Sequence record: OZ035742.1
Direction: 5' to 3' (one strand)
From: Felixounavirus AN17P8
Length of the DNA: 64,000 bases
Part shown: one piece after another, positions 1 through 10,185 of the stretch
How positions within the stretch are numbered: position 1 is the stretch's first letter
How the letters are laid out: every line of letters begins with the position of its first letter
The notes under the pieces: generated by a model
What the model saw: only the letters and a program-made list of their open reading frames with translations
Database searches by the model: none
Told to the model about the DNA's origin: nothing
Made by a program: the position numbers and the translations under genes

Positions 1-1296
1 TATATTCCGGCAGCAACATTAAGTACGATTGCAAGAACTAATGCACAAAATACTTTTAATGGTGCGCAAACAGTTGTTAGTGATGGCGAAGGTTTAGTTA
101 TTAAAAACTCTACTCAGAATAGGCCATTGTATATTCGTGGTAAGGACGCTGCCAATGTATCAAGATGGTGGTTAGGTGTTGGTGACCCAAATTCTACTGA
201 TGTAGCCTTAAACAACAGCTTCTCTGGCACTCAGTTAATTTTAGGTAACTCATCTGCAAGTATCAATAAGACATTAACCCTAGCAGGGCAGATTCAACCC
301 TCAGATTTCTCTAACTTAGATGCTAGATATTTTACCCAATCAGCAGCTAATCAGAGATTTATGTATGCAGGCTCTACAGGAACAGCTAGTGAAGTAGGGG
401 ATAGCAAAGGGGTTGCTTGGAATGCTAAAACTGGTCTATATAATGTTATGAGGTCTAATGGAGGCTCAACACTACTTGTTTTTCAAATGTATCAAGGTTC
501 AAGCTCTACTCCTTCTGCTCAATTGAGATTCGACTACCGGAATGGAGGATTTTGGTATAGGTCATCAAGGGACAGTTTTGGTTTTGAAGAGGACTTCACA
601 CAAATTTATACAGAAAAGTATAAACCAACTCCTTCAGCTATCGGTGCATACACTAAAGCAGAAACTGACCAGAAGATTGCACAGGCAGTAAGTGACTCTA
701 CAGACCTTAACAAAATCTACCCTGTTGGTATTGTGACTTGGTTTAACAGTAACGTTAACCCTAATACCGCACTTCCTGGATTAACTTGGACGTACCTGAA
801 CAATGGTGTTGGTAGAACTATCAGGATTGCAGCAGCGAATGGTTCAGATGTTGCTACAACTGGAGGTTCAGATTCTGTTACATTAGCAGTTGGAAACTTG
901 CCTTCACACACTCATAGTTTCTCTGCGACAACCTCTAGCTTTGACTACGGTACTAAGACCACTAATACAACTGGTGCTCACACCCACTCAGTGAGTGGTT
1001 CTACTAACAACACCGGTGCTCATACACATACAGTTGGTGGTCGTTATGGTGGTGACTCTATCGGTGGTAAACAACGTGTTCAGGTATCTGGTACAGAACA
1101 GGTATCTAGCTCTGCTGGTGCTCACGCTCACACTGTATCTGGTACTGCTGCCTCTAACGGAAACCATGCTCACACTGTTGGTATTGGTGCTCACAGTCAT
1201 ACAGTTAGTGGTAACACTGGTGGTACAGGTTCTGGTTCAGCATTTAGTGTAATTAACCAGTTCTATAAGCTGATGGCTTGGGTAAGAACTGCTTAA
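1..1296 (+). CDS. tail fiber protein, 5'-partial (ORF open to window start)
   Basis: Frame 1 has no stop from nt 1; track start 127 is TTG. C-terminal repeats GAHTHSVSG/GAHTHTVGG/GAHAHTVSG/GNHAHTVG/GAHSHTVSG resemble HxH boxes of phage tail fiber tips. Confidence 0.6.
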   Translation, partial: YIPAATLSTIARTNAQNTFNGAQTVVSDGEGLVIKNSTQNRPLYIRGKDAANVSRWWLGVGDPNSTDVALNNSFSGTQLILGNSSASINKTLTLAGQIQPSDFSNLDARYFTQSAANQRFMYAGSTGTASEVGDSKGVAWNAKTGLYNVMRSNGGSTLLVFQMYQGSSSTPSAQLRFDYRNGGFWYRSSRDSFGFEEDFTQIYTEKYKPTPSAIGAYTKAETDQKIAQAVSDSTDLNKIYPVGIVTWFNSNVNPNTALPGLTWTYLNNGVGRTIRIAAANGSDVATTGGSDSVTLAVGNLPSHTHSFSATTSSFDYGTKTTNTTGAHTHSVSGSTNNTGAHTHTVGGRYGGDSIGGKQRVQVSGTEQVSSSAGAHAHTVSGTAASNGNHAHTVGIGAHSHTVSGNTGGTGSGSAFSVINQFYKLMAWVRTA

Positions 1297-1375
1297 TCCC
1301 TTATTGACTGATTGTTAAGATGGTGTTAATATTCTTTATGGGTATTCTCACCATCTTGGCTGATGAGGTGATTAA

Positions 1376-1570
1376 ATGCCTACAATCCTAGCAATTCTTC
1401 TAAAAAATCTAGGTAGCTTCTTCTGGAAACTCATTTTATCCCTTCTGAGTGAATACATGATTGAGAAAGTGTTCTTTAAGCTTGCAAGATACCTTGCGAG
1501 TAAAACAGACACACCTATTGATGATGAGTTCGTAGATAACTTAGAAAAAGCTTTTAAGGGGGAGAAATAA
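1376..1570 (+). CDS. small hydrophobic protein
   Basis: ATG with RBS gaggtg; hydrophobic N-terminus ILAILLKNLGSFFWKLILSLL. Confidence 0.35.
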   Translation: MPTILAILLKNLGSFFWKLILSLLSEYMIEKVFFKLARYLASKTDTPIDDEFVDNLEKAFKGEK

Positions 1571-1942
1571 ATGAAGTGGCTAGAGGAAGCTTTTAAAAAT
1601 AATATTGGTGCAATTGTTGTTGGTATTTTTAGTGTTATTGGGATGTATACCACGATGCAAGTTTCAAGTGGTAAGCAAGAAGTGTCTGTCACAACAAAAT
1701 TACAGCAGCTAGATAATTATAGTAAATCTAATTACTCAGCTATTCGTGATTTGCAGTCTGACATGAGATTGATTCAGCTAGGGATGGAGAACCAGAAAGT
1801 TCAGTTAGAGAATGTTAAGGGTGAAAACGCAAAACTTACCAAAACTCTTGATAAATTCTCTGACAGTGTAAATAATCTGGCTCAATCAGTATCAGCCTTG
1901 CAAGCTATTACTGAAAAGAACACAAAGAATACTGAAAAATAA
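1571..1942 (+). CDS. membrane-anchored coiled-coil protein
   Basis: RBS gggggag; N-terminal TM helix IGAIVVGIFSVIGMY then heptad-like Q/L-rich region; terminator follows. Confidence 0.4.
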   Translation: MKWLEEAFKNNIGAIVVGIFSVIGMYTTMQVSSGKQEVSVTTKLQQLDNYSKSNYSAIRDLQSDMRLIQLGMENQKVQLENVKGENAKLTKTLDKFSDSVNNLAQSVSALQAITEKNTKNTEK

Positions 1943-1950
1943 AATTTTAA

Positions 1951-1976
1951 GGCTCCTTTTTACGGGAGCCTTTTTT
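1951..1976. terminator. bidirectional rho-independent terminator between convergent genes
   Basis: GGCTCC-tttttac-GGGAGCC flanked by A/T runs on both sides. Confidence 0.6.
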
Positions 1977-1980
1977 GTTT

Positions 1981-2880
1981 CTACTTACCTACTGACAAAG
2001 GTGCTTCAATCTTTCCTGCATGTTGGTAATTGTAAATGCCACCAATAAAATCACTTGCAGTGAGATGTTTTAAGTCACTTAAAGTGTTAAGTGGGATACC
2101 AATCTCAAAAGTTGGTGCATGGAACTCTTCATTGTTCATCAGTTCATAAACCTGCTTCATATGATTCTGATAAATCTGAGTATCTCCAAAGACACCTATC
2201 AAGTACCGTGGAGTGTATCCAGTCATCTTACAAAGAACTTCCAGAATAAAACCATAAGATGCAATATTAAACGGGAGTCCTAAAAAGGTGTCTACTGAAC
2301 GCTGATACCATTGTAAGTCAACTTCACCCTCGTTAGTGATATAAATCTGAAACAGAACATGACAAGGTGCTAAAGCCATCGAGTTGGATGCAATATCTGC
2401 TGCATTCCAAGCATTAACAAGCATGTAGCGGTCTGTAATATCACCCTTCATCTTCGTTACTAAGGTCTCTAACTGGTCTACAACACAACCATTATGACCT
2501 TCAAAGTTTCTCCACTGAACCCCGTAGATTCTCCCACCTGCGTCATCTAACCAGTCTTGTTCAGAAGAATAATTAGAGCTTAACCAGCGTTTAAAATCAT
2601 CTGACCAGATAGTCCAGCGTTCTCCATCATTTTCATCCCAAGTGCGGTAACGGAGTTCACCCAGTTTATTCTCACCATTCAGGAACCATAAAGCTTCCCC
2701 AATAACTTGCCGTGTAAACACCTGTTTAGATGTTAAGAGCGGGAAACCAGTTCGCATATCAAAACGAAACTGAGGTGGAGCAAAAGCAGAGATAACATCT
2801 CCAGTTCGTGTAGTACGTAGTTCACCAACGGATAAAACATGGTTCAGTATATTTTTGTAACTCGAATCTGCTTGTGACAT
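1981..2880 (-). CDS. thyA: thymidylate synthase
   Basis: ThyA motifs: active-site LAPCHVLFQIYI, RTGDVISAFAPPQFRFDM, YQRSVDTFLGLPFNIASY. Confidence 0.9.
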   Translation of the reverse strand: MSQADSSYKNILNHVLSVGELRTTRTGDVISAFAPPQFRFDMRTGFPLLTSKQVFTRQVIGEALWFLNGENKLGELRYRTWDENDGERWTIWSDDFKRWLSSNYSSEQDWLDDAGGRIYGVQWRNFEGHNGCVVDQLETLVTKMKGDITDRYMLVNAWNAADIASNSMALAPCHVLFQIYITNEGEVDLQWYQRSVDTFLGLPFNIASYGFILEVLCKMTGYTPRYLIGVFGDTQIYQNHMKQVYELMNNEEFHAPTFEIGIPLNTLSDLKHLTASDFIGGIYNYQHAGKIEAPLSVGK

Positions 2881-2881
2881 A

Positions 2882-3427
2882 TCAAAAGTGTCCTTTTACT
2901 TGTGGAACATAAATTTCAAAAGTTGCTTTACCATCCTCTGATGGTTTTGACTGTACCTTTGTAAATACACGGTTATCATACAGCTTCTCAAAGAAGTTTT
3001 CAAAAGGTAAATGCACAGTGACCTCTTCAGTAACTTTATGGAAAACAGTATGGAACACTACATCAGCATACGGTAAAGCATCGACAAGGACACCTGCGCC
3101 ACCAATTACAAAGACATCTTCATCAATAGAGCTATCAAGATACTTCAAAAATGCTCCAAATGACTCTTTACTGGCTTTAGCATACATTACATCATCTTTG
3201 CCAAAGTCTATGCCTAAGTATGGTACAGAATTTGTTAAGACGAGGTTTGCACGTTCTGGTAAAGGCTTACACCCCAGAGTCTTGAAAGTCTCATTCCCCA
3301 TCACTACTAAGTTATTTTTAGTTAGTCTCTTAAACTCTTGCATATCCTGTTTGTGTCGAGGCCACGGCATACCAGTTGGAGTACCAAACTCCCCATTTTC
3401 ACCACTTGCAAAGATTAACTTAATCAT
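2882..3427 (-). CDS. frd: dihydrofolate reductase
   Basis: DHFR pattern LIFA..G..MPW....D...FKRLT..N.VVMG..TFKTLG.PLP.R.NLVLT and VIGGAGVL; abuts thyA. Confidence 0.85.
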   Translation of the reverse strand: MIKLIFASGENGEFGTPTGMPWPRHKQDMQEFKRLTKNNLVVMGNETFKTLGCKPLPERANLVLTNSVPYLGIDFGKDDVMYAKASKESFGAFLKYLDSSIDEDVFVIGGAGVLVDALPYADVVFHTVFHKVTEEVTVHLPFENFFEKLYDNRVFTKVQSKPSEDGKATFEIYVPQVKGHF

Positions 3428-3684
3428 TTTGTAAATCCTTTCTTAATGAACCAGTTGATAACATTCTTCACAGCTTTATTGCTATGGTAGATTAAGTGCG
3501 GTGTGGGTTGGTATGAACCATAAGCCCAGAATGATAGCTGCTCACCACAACCAACACATGTCGTACTCTCTTCAGATATATGACCATTAACAATCATATG
3601 AACTTCACCTTGTAAATCTGTACACCCACAATGTGGACATCGGATAGGTGTTCCATCAGACTCATAGCAGTGTTCAATTTTCAT
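3424..3684 (-). CDS. small zinc-ribbon protein
   Basis: CPHCGC...CVGCG paired CxxC motifs. Confidence 0.4.
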   Translation of the reverse strand: MKIEHCYESDGTPIRCPHCGCTDLQGEVHMIVNGHISEESTTCVGCGEQLSFWAYGSYQPTPHLIYHSNKAVKNVINWFIKKGFTK

Positions 3685-4200
3685 TTACTTAACCTCAAAA
3701 ACTGGCTCAAGAACCAATATAAAGTCTACACAGTCATCTTCTTCATCCAGAATACCATCAAAGTTCTTAGGAACGAAGTCGAAGAGGCTCATAACAAAAC
3801 AGTCAGAAGTGACCCTGATAGTTCCTCCCATGTTCTCTACAGTTAACACTGTACGACTTTCTTTTACCTCCCTCAGAAGATTACTCACAAAGTCATCTAA
3901 GAAGTACTTCATTAGTGACTTGAAACCTTTAGGGTAATTTGTACCAGAGTATGTTTCAATCTGAGGCACAAGCTTAACATTTATACTAGTCTTTGTTAAG
4001 AATGTGCTAGAGAACATGCTATCAGGTAACTTACAAACAGTCTTTTCAGTACCTTCATGTTCAATCTCAACAAAACCAGCTTCGTCGCCACATGTGACTA
4101 TTTTAAAAGATGCTTCATTCTCATGCTGCGAAGCCATAAACTTTTTAAGCATCACTTTAAGGAAATCTGCATGAGCATCTTGTAAGTAGATATCAATCAT
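3685..4200 (-). CDS. hypothetical protein
   Basis: 171-aa ORF packed in operon; no recognised motif. Confidence 0.4.
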   Translation of the reverse strand: MIDIYLQDAHADFLKVMLKKFMASQHENEASFKIVTCGDEAGFVEIEHEGTEKTVCKLPDSMFSSTFLTKTSINVKLVPQIETYSGTNYPKGFKSLMKYFLDDFVSNLLREVKESRTVLTVENMGGTIRVTSDCFVMSLFDFVPKNFDGILDEEDDCVDFILVLEPVFEVK

Positions 4201-4213
4201 AGTTAATCACCTA

Positions 4214-4573
4214 TTATGGGAACAGACACTTGATGTCATCGTTTTTAAAAACAAAACTTGTGTAGTTATAACCGTCAACATCCAGCCAAACAGCCTGAAC
4301 ATCTACACCATCAAGATTCTGGTAAAGCTCTTTGATGAAGTGGTCTTTTACAATCTGACTGCTAGTTGTTTCCAGCTTAATGTTCGAGATTGCTGAACCT
4401 ACAGCCATATAACCCATGACACGTTTCTTTTCAGTATGCTTAATCTTACCATCTTTGTAAGACATAATGAGATTGGAAAGAATCTTTACACCATAATACT
4501 TTTCAAGGTGAGTAGGTACACCATAAAAGCCTAATGCGAAGTTTTCAGAGTGGATAATGTTTTCACGTTTCAT
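4214..4573 (-). CDS. hypothetical protein
   Basis: 119-aa ORF in operon. Confidence 0.4.
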   Translation of the reverse strand: MKRENIIHSENFALGFYGVPTHLEKYYGVKILSNLIMSYKDGKIKHTEKKRVMGYMAVGSAISNIKLETTSSQIVKDHFIKELYQNLDGVDVQAVWLDVDGYNYTSFVFKNDDIKCLFP

Positions 4574-4574
4574 A

Positions 4575-4904
4575 TTAGTCTGCCAACCTTAAATTGAAAT
4601 TAACACCAAATTTTTCACATACTTCCAACATATACTCAAGGGAGACATTACCAGTGAGGTGGATTATGTTGGATACACGAGCCTGAGAGATACCACAAAT
4701 TTTAGCAACTTGCTCTTGAGAAAGACCTCTGGATTTAATCTCTCTCTTAAAACGATGTGCAACGAAGTCTCTCATTTCGTCTACATCCATTGGACAAATA
4801 TAACTCTCCATTTCAGCCTCTCTATCAGCCTCCCAATCATCTTGTGGAGCATAAGGGTCAAAAACTTCATTCATCTTTCTTCTTCCGTTTGCGTGAAGTG
4901 TCAA
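4575..4904 (-). CDS. HTH DNA-binding protein
   Basis: C-terminal helix-turn-helix-like LSQEQVAKICGISQARVSNI. Confidence 0.45.
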   Translation of the reverse strand: MTLHANGRRKMNEVFDPYAPQDDWEADREAEMESYICPMDVDEMRDFVAHRFKREIKSRGLSQEQVAKICGISQARVSNIIHLTGNVSLEYMLEVCEKFGVNFNLRLAD

Positions 4905-5079
4905 TTAATGAATCTATGTTTGTAGCCCTAACCTTTTCACGTTCATCGTTAAGATAATCATCAAGAGCCTTTTCAATCTGTGAATCATCTTGACAGATAA
5001 CTGTAAAGACTGTAAAGCCGTCTGTATCGTCAATTATCTTACCATAACCGCTTCTGGGATGTAACTTTTTAAGAGCCAT
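4867..5079 (-). CDS. hypothetical small protein
   Basis: 70-aa ORF with basic C-terminus; overlaps neighbour by 38 nt. Confidence 0.3.
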   Translation of the reverse strand: MALKKLHPRSGYGKIIDDTDGFTVFTVICQDDSQIEKALDDYLNDEREKVRATNIDSLIDTSRKRKKKDE

Positions 5080-5080
5080 A

Positions 5081-5464
5081 TCAAATACCTGTGCAGCTTC
5101 TGTTTTCTAAGAAATACTCCACACCATACATAGCTTTTTGCATCAAATCTTCTTTAAACTGGATACGATGGTTGAGCATAGCCTGTACATCAATATCATC
5201 ATGGTGCTTTTCTTTAATATTTGCAGATTGCAGGAAATACTCTGCAAGAACACGATATTGATAGTCAGTTACCTTATCAGTCATCTCTGTTAAAGACTCT
5301 TCAGAGATTGGTTTAAGTAGCTCACCATTCGCTAGAGCAACACCTTTAACAATCTGGCAAGTGTCTTCTGGAACACCTGATAAATCCACATTTGGAAGTT
5401 CTGTTGCACTGACTGGTAAATTCATTGCCATAACCATTGCAGCAGCTAATAAAATCTTTTTCAT
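5081..5464 (-). CDS. secreted/periplasmic protein
   Basis: N-terminal signal peptide MKKILLAAAMVMAMNLPVSA; sigma70-like promoter upstream on minus strand. Confidence 0.5.
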   Translation of the reverse strand: MKKILLAAAMVMAMNLPVSATELPNVDLSGVPEDTCQIVKGVALANGELLKPISEESLTEMTDKVTDYQYRVLAEYFLQSANIKEKHHDDIDVQAMLNHRIQFKEDLMQKAMYGVEYFLENRSCTGI

Positions 5465-5559
5465 AATGACCTCAAAGTTATATTAAATTTTGTATTACAT
5501 TGAGTATAAAAATAAGCTATAACACCTGACTTGTCAACAGATTTTATAGCTTATTTGGC

Positions 5560-5960
5560 AGATTTTTTATAAGGCTACTGCCATCCTTCCATACCAAACC
5601 TCACCTGACCTCGCCTAACCCTACCTTACTCCACCATACAGCACCTTATTAAAACACCCTGTTTAAAGACCTTTTAAAAAGGTAAGTCTCATTTTAATGT
5701 AGCTGAGACTAACTACCCATACCTCACCCTACCAGACCCTACCAGACCAGACCTTACCCTACCAGACCCTACCGAACATCACTTAAAAACCCTCTTAGAA
5801 GACTCTTAAGTGATGTAATCGAATTTTAATGTAGCTCCGATTAACTACCCATACCTCACCTCACCCAACCATACCATGCCTTGCCAGACCGCACCTTACC
5901 TCATTAAAAGACCCTCTTAAAAGACCTTTTAAAAAGGAGCCTCCGAAGAGGCTACCTAGT
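5560..5960. repeat. repeated C/A-rich intergenic elements with covarying hairpins (two copies plus related leader)
   Basis: Hairpin with conserved loop TTTTAATGTAGC and variable stems (AGTCTCA/TGAGACT; AATCG/CGATT), then ACTACCCATACCTCACC and 11-nt CCCTACCAGAC-type repeats. Confidence 0.55.
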
Positions 5961-5975
5961 CAACTTAGAAAGGTT
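5946..5975 (-). terminator. rho-independent terminator (minus strand)
   Basis: Minus-strand reading: AGCCTC-ttcg-GAGGCT then CCTTTTTAAAA. Confidence 0.5.
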
Positions 5976-6405
5976 TTCTACGTTGCTTGTTAATGTTAGC
6001 TTTCATAGCAGCTAAATGGTTTTGCTGTTCAATCAGTCGTGAACGTTCTTGATGACTAAGCGCCATAGTGTTCACATTCTCAATTGCTTGAGTGGCTTGC
6101 TTTAAAGCTCGACCAATCTTACCAGACATTTTGCGTTTTGCAATAGTTGCTTGATGCTTAGGTTCAACCACACGATAACCAACACCCATTGAAGCAACCA
6201 GATAAATCTTCTCTTCTTTAAGAAGCTTTTCAATAAACTTCTCAAGTCGGTTTAGACGTGTAAGTGCATAAGCCTTCATTTCATCTTCGTACTTAACAAT
6301 GTCACCTTGATAAGTTGGCTTCACAATACCTAAGAAGGTGTCCATCTCGGAATGTGATACAGTGTCGCCGTAACTAAACTTTGCTGCTAATGCTTTTGTA
6401 TTCAT
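5965..6405 (-). CDS. hypothetical protein
   Basis: 146-aa ORF followed by minus-strand terminator. Confidence 0.45.
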   Translation of the reverse strand: MNTKALAAKFSYGDTVSHSEMDTFLGIVKPTYQGDIVKYEDEMKAYALTRLNRLEKFIEKLLKEEKIYLVASMGVGYRVVEPKHQATIAKRKMSGKIGRALKQATQAIENVNTMALSHQERSRLIEQQNHLAAMKANINKQRRKPF

Positions 6406-6407
6406 AA

Positions 6408-7013
<606 letters not shown>

Positions 7014-7069
7014 TTAGTTGATTGTTAAGTTGTTTGTAAAGAACCCTCAACAGAAGACTCTTTAGAAAC

Positions 7070-7210
7070 TTGGTAGATTTTTAACGTGGCTACTACCATC
7101 CACCCATACCTCACCTAACAACACCTAACAACACAAAACTACACCCCACACCACCGCACCACACCAAACATCACTTAAAAACCTTCTTAGAAGACTCTTA
7201 AGTGATGCTG
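7070..7210. repeat. third copy of the C/A-rich intergenic element
   Basis: TGGTAG-atttttaacgtggc-CTACCA hairpin, CCACCCATACCTCACC, ACCTAACAAC x2, then CATCACTTAA...TTAAGTGATG inverted repeat shared with 5781-5815. Confidence 0.55.
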
Positions 7211-7272
7211 GTGAGTACCCGTTGGTTTATGCTGCTCAGTATACTCACCAAATTTTCTATGTCAACAACTTT

Positions 7273-8412
7273 TTATTCGTAGTCTCGAATAACTAACCCG
7301 ACAGGGAACTGTAAAGACCCCTTACGAGTCATCTTCTGGAACTGAACCGTTAAAGGCTTCCCGATAAACTCTTCAGGATGCTCAGCAAGATACTGTTTCT
7401 TCTCATGAGTAGTCTTCCATGAGACATCTACAAAGACGTTAGGGAGGGTCTCTACAACGAACTTGCCATGACCACGCTTATCAGTCTTTACACCAGTCAC
7501 TTTAAACTCTTCAGTGTGCATCTTCTTGTGTTTAATCAAGAAGTATGAACGGTGACAACACTCATAGAAGGAGTCTTCAGAGATTGAACGGTACATTGCA
7601 CCTTCAAACTTAGCTTCAACCCACTTATCATGAGCTTCATCAAACTCTTCCCAAGAATTTACACGACGAGATTTAACAGGAACAACTCTACAGCCGTCTC
7701 TAAAGTCATTCAATGGTGAAGTCTCAATAATATCTCTACGCTCAGGCCACGTCTTAGTACTGTCACAGATATCGTACCAGTAAAACTTGAGTAGGTGTCG
7801 GTCAGGATTGTCTTCATTTTTAATCATGGAGACAATATCTTCTAAGTCCTGCCCATGAGCATAAATCTCACCATCAAATTCATCAACATCTTTGTGGAGC
7901 CTTAACATTGCCATAATGTCAGGTATTAGCTCAGTAGGAATTTTATAAACAGTATTCTCACGAGAGTATGCTGTAAATACACTACCGATGCTCAAGTGTC
8001 TTGAAATTCTACAACGGACACCATCAAGTTTTGGTTGAGCATCAGCAGGGAACTTCAGGTACTTCGCATGACTAACCTTTGCAGCATCATGAGCAAGCTG
8101 TACACCTACCTTCTCAGTATTCTGTGCAGACTCTTTTGTGTAAGCATAACCTTTACGGTCAACTTGCTTTTTATACTTAGCAGCAACTTCAAAGAGAGCT
8201 TGCTGTTCAGCGTTACGCTCATTCTTTTTACCGATGTTTTTAGGTTCTGCTGTATACTCTTCAAACATCATCTTGCCATTTTCTTTACCATAGGTTGTAA
8301 TAACTTTGTCACCTACAGCAACGCATGACCAGACGTTGAAAGAGCCATCTTTATTTTGTTTGTATAGGATTGTCATTTTATTCCTCTGAGTGATACCAAG
8401 TGTTGCAAGCAT
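7273..8412 (-). CDS. ATP-dependent DNA ligase
   Basis: Adenylation motif I KLDGVRC; length and later motifs fit a ligase. Confidence 0.8.
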   Translation of the reverse strand: MLATLGITQRNKMTILYKQNKDGSFNVWSCVAVGDKVITTYGKENGKMMFEEYTAEPKNIGKKNERNAEQQALFEVAAKYKKQVDRKGYAYTKESAQNTEKVGVQLAHDAAKVSHAKYLKFPADAQPKLDGVRCRISRHLSIGSVFTAYSRENTVYKIPTELIPDIMAMLRLHKDVDEFDGEIYAHGQDLEDIVSMIKNEDNPDRHLLKFYWYDICDSTKTWPERRDIIETSPLNDFRDGCRVVPVKSRRVNSWEEFDEAHDKWVEAKFEGAMYRSISEDSFYECCHRSYFLIKHKKMHTEEFKVTGVKTDKRGHGKFVVETLPNVFVDVSWKTTHEKKQYLAEHPEEFIGKPLTVQFQKMTRKGSLQFPVGLVIRDYE

Positions 8413-8569
8413 TACATGCGTAAAGCTCTAAGTCATTTTTATCCGGTTTATGAAAACAGTTTGCTCCGCAGTGGCAACGAAATGGCTTTCCACCAACTGT
8501 CAGGACGAAGGACTGAATCTTTCCATCAGGAGTTCGTACAGCATTTTTATGCTTATCTTCTTTGTTCAT
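8378..8569 (-). CDS. small zinc-binding protein
   Basis: Cys cluster CHCGANC...CNAC; overlaps ligase start by 35 nt. Confidence 0.35.
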   Translation of the reverse strand: MNKEDKHKNAVRTPDGKIQSFVLTVGGKPFRCHCGANCFHKPDKNDLELYACNACNTWYHSEE

Positions 8570-8772
8570 TTCCTCTTGCCACCAATTTCTACGTCAATAA
8601 CTTGAACATCACCAGCAACATCAAACTTATGAATGATGCTTTCCACAGTGTAAGTCCAATCCTCAATGCGAACCAACTCACCTTCTCGTGGGACGATTGG
8701 ATTACGTTGAGCTACCGTTGTAGTGGAGTGAACAACATCATAACGATAGATATAGTTTACTAATACTTCCAT
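8566..8772 (-). CDS. hypothetical protein (start trimmed to internal ATG)
   Basis: Internal ATG at 8772 has RBS gaggt and removes overlap with the upstream lipoprotein gene. Confidence 0.35.
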   Translation of the reverse strand: MEVLVNYIYRYDVVHSTTTVAQRNPIVPREGELVRIEDWTYTVESIIHKFDVAGDVQVIDVEIGGKRK

Positions 8773-8782
8773 CGTGAAAACC

Positions 8783-9040
8783 TCACTCAATAACCGTAGT
8801 ATGTGATTGACCATTTTTGCCATAGCTATAAGATGTTGTTGTTTGAGAGTTTGGGCATCTGACAACAACAATATCTCTGCTTATAGCATCACCATTGAGT
8901 TTGTAGATTTTGCAGTCTTGCATCTCTGGAGGGAGGCTGTAAGAAGCATCTTTGTTTTCATAAGATGGGTTGCAGCCAGCCAGAAAAATTACTCCAAGTG
9001 CAACCATTGCTTTCACGCAACTCTTAACCTTATTGTTCAC
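8783..9040 (-). CDS. lipoprotein
   Basis: Signal peptide with lipobox LAGC (MVALGVIFLAGCNPS). Confidence 0.5.
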   Translation of the reverse strand: MNNKVKSCVKAMVALGVIFLAGCNPSYENKDASYSLPPEMQDCKIYKLNGDAISRDIVVVRCPNSQTTTSYSYGKNGQSHTTVIE

Positions 9041-9172
9041 GATAGTCTACCTCTCTGTATGTTTTTAAATAGTGAGTGATGAGTTCTGGTAATTCACTAC
9101 GTTTAACGTTTGAACGAAGAAGTGTCCAGTCAAAACCTTTACCAACCCTTCCCCAGAGACTGTACATTTTCT

Positions 9173-9406
9173 TCATAGCAACTCCAGAATATCAATACGT
9201 TCGCCTTTGAGTACTCCAGTACGGTCTTTTGCAATCTTACCGTCAACGATAAGGATGTGTGTAGACCTTAAAGCATCGTTGTTAAAGGTTTTTACGAACT
9301 TGCTAGGCATGACTACAATGGACATCTCCTGAATTAACTCTGGAGTGTAGCAGTTATCATGAAGTTGCTGAATAACGTCTGCAAGTGTCATTTTTGGTGT
9401 CTCCAA
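9173..9406 (-). CDS. hypothetical protein
   Basis: 77-aa ORF. Confidence 0.35.
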   Translation of the reverse strand: METPKMTLADVIQQLHDNCYTPELIQEMSIVVMPSKFVKTFNNDALRSTHILIVDGKIAKDRTGVLKGERIDILELL

Positions 9407-9597
9407 TACTCAATATCAATAAGTTCTTGTGCAATACTTTTCAGATTACCTTTCAAGAAAACCTTCTCAGAACCTGAAAGAGATGAATTGTCAATTAACC
9501 TGCTCATCCTCTCAAACAACTTCTGTTTACGGTTCTTGATAGTTTCCTTTGAAGCACCTTTCATCATCGCTGCATGGGTTCTTCCACGGTGGCTCAT
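9388..9597 (-). CDS. hypothetical basic protein
   Basis: 69-aa Lys/Arg-rich ORF. Confidence 0.3.
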   Translation of the reverse strand: MSHRGRTHAAMMKGASKETIKNRKQKLFERMSRLIDNSSLSGSEKVFLKGNLKSIAQELIDIEYWRHQK

Positions 9598-9648
9598 AAT
9601 CCCTCCTATATAAGATATTGTATAAGGTACTCTTCCATGAGCACCTTG

Positions 9649-10182
9649 TCAAGATAGTTTTGCAAACTCTCCGTGGAGTTTAATAGCAGCTTCACAGTAA
9701 GCTTTATGGGCTTCTTCTGGTGTGTCATGGTAACCTAAAAACATCTTCTTACCTTTATAACTTATCTGTGCGACCCACTTACCAGACTTCTTTTTAAGAC
9801 TTACACCCTTGTACCCAGATTTATTGGTGACTGGTTTACCTTTATTCCAAGCACTTTGAAAATCATCTGCTTCCCTTAAGTTTACAATCCTGTTGTCAAG
9901 CGAGTCTCCGTTGATATGGTCAATGATACCTTTTGGCATCTTGCCATACACGTAAAGCCATGCGAGTCTGTGTGCTTTATGTGCTTTCTTGTCAAAATAG
10001 ATACTAATCTGTTTATGACCACTTGAATCAGTCTGGATATTACCTGCCACCTTTCCTGCATAATTACTGTTAAAAACACTAACAGCTCTTGATTTACCTT
10101 CTCTACGAAGCCAAGTAAAGACCCCTGTTTCGGGGTCATAGTGCAGCAGCTCCTTTAAACGTTTTTGTAAAATTAAATCCAT
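9649..10182 (-). CDS. HNH homing endonuclease with AP2-like DNA-binding domain
   Basis: HINGDSLDNRIVNLREA (HNH) plus GYKGVSLKKKSGKWVAQISYKGKKMFLGYHDTPEEAHKAY (AP2-like); paralog of 32334-32825. Confidence 0.7.
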   Translation of the reverse strand: MDLILQKRLKELLHYDPETGVFTWLRREGKSRAVSVFNSNYAGKVAGNIQTDSSGHKQISIYFDKKAHKAHRLAWLYVYGKMPKGIIDHINGDSLDNRIVNLREADDFQSAWNKGKPVTNKSGYKGVSLKKKSGKWVAQISYKGKKMFLGYHDTPEEAHKAYCEAAIKLHGEFAKLS

Positions 10183-10185
10183 TAA

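Noticed and set aside
717-1252. ORFs 717-911, 988-1200 and 995-1252 inside the tail fiber gene
   Set aside because: Alternate-frame translations of the His-repeat region; no start context; embedded in the fiber gene.
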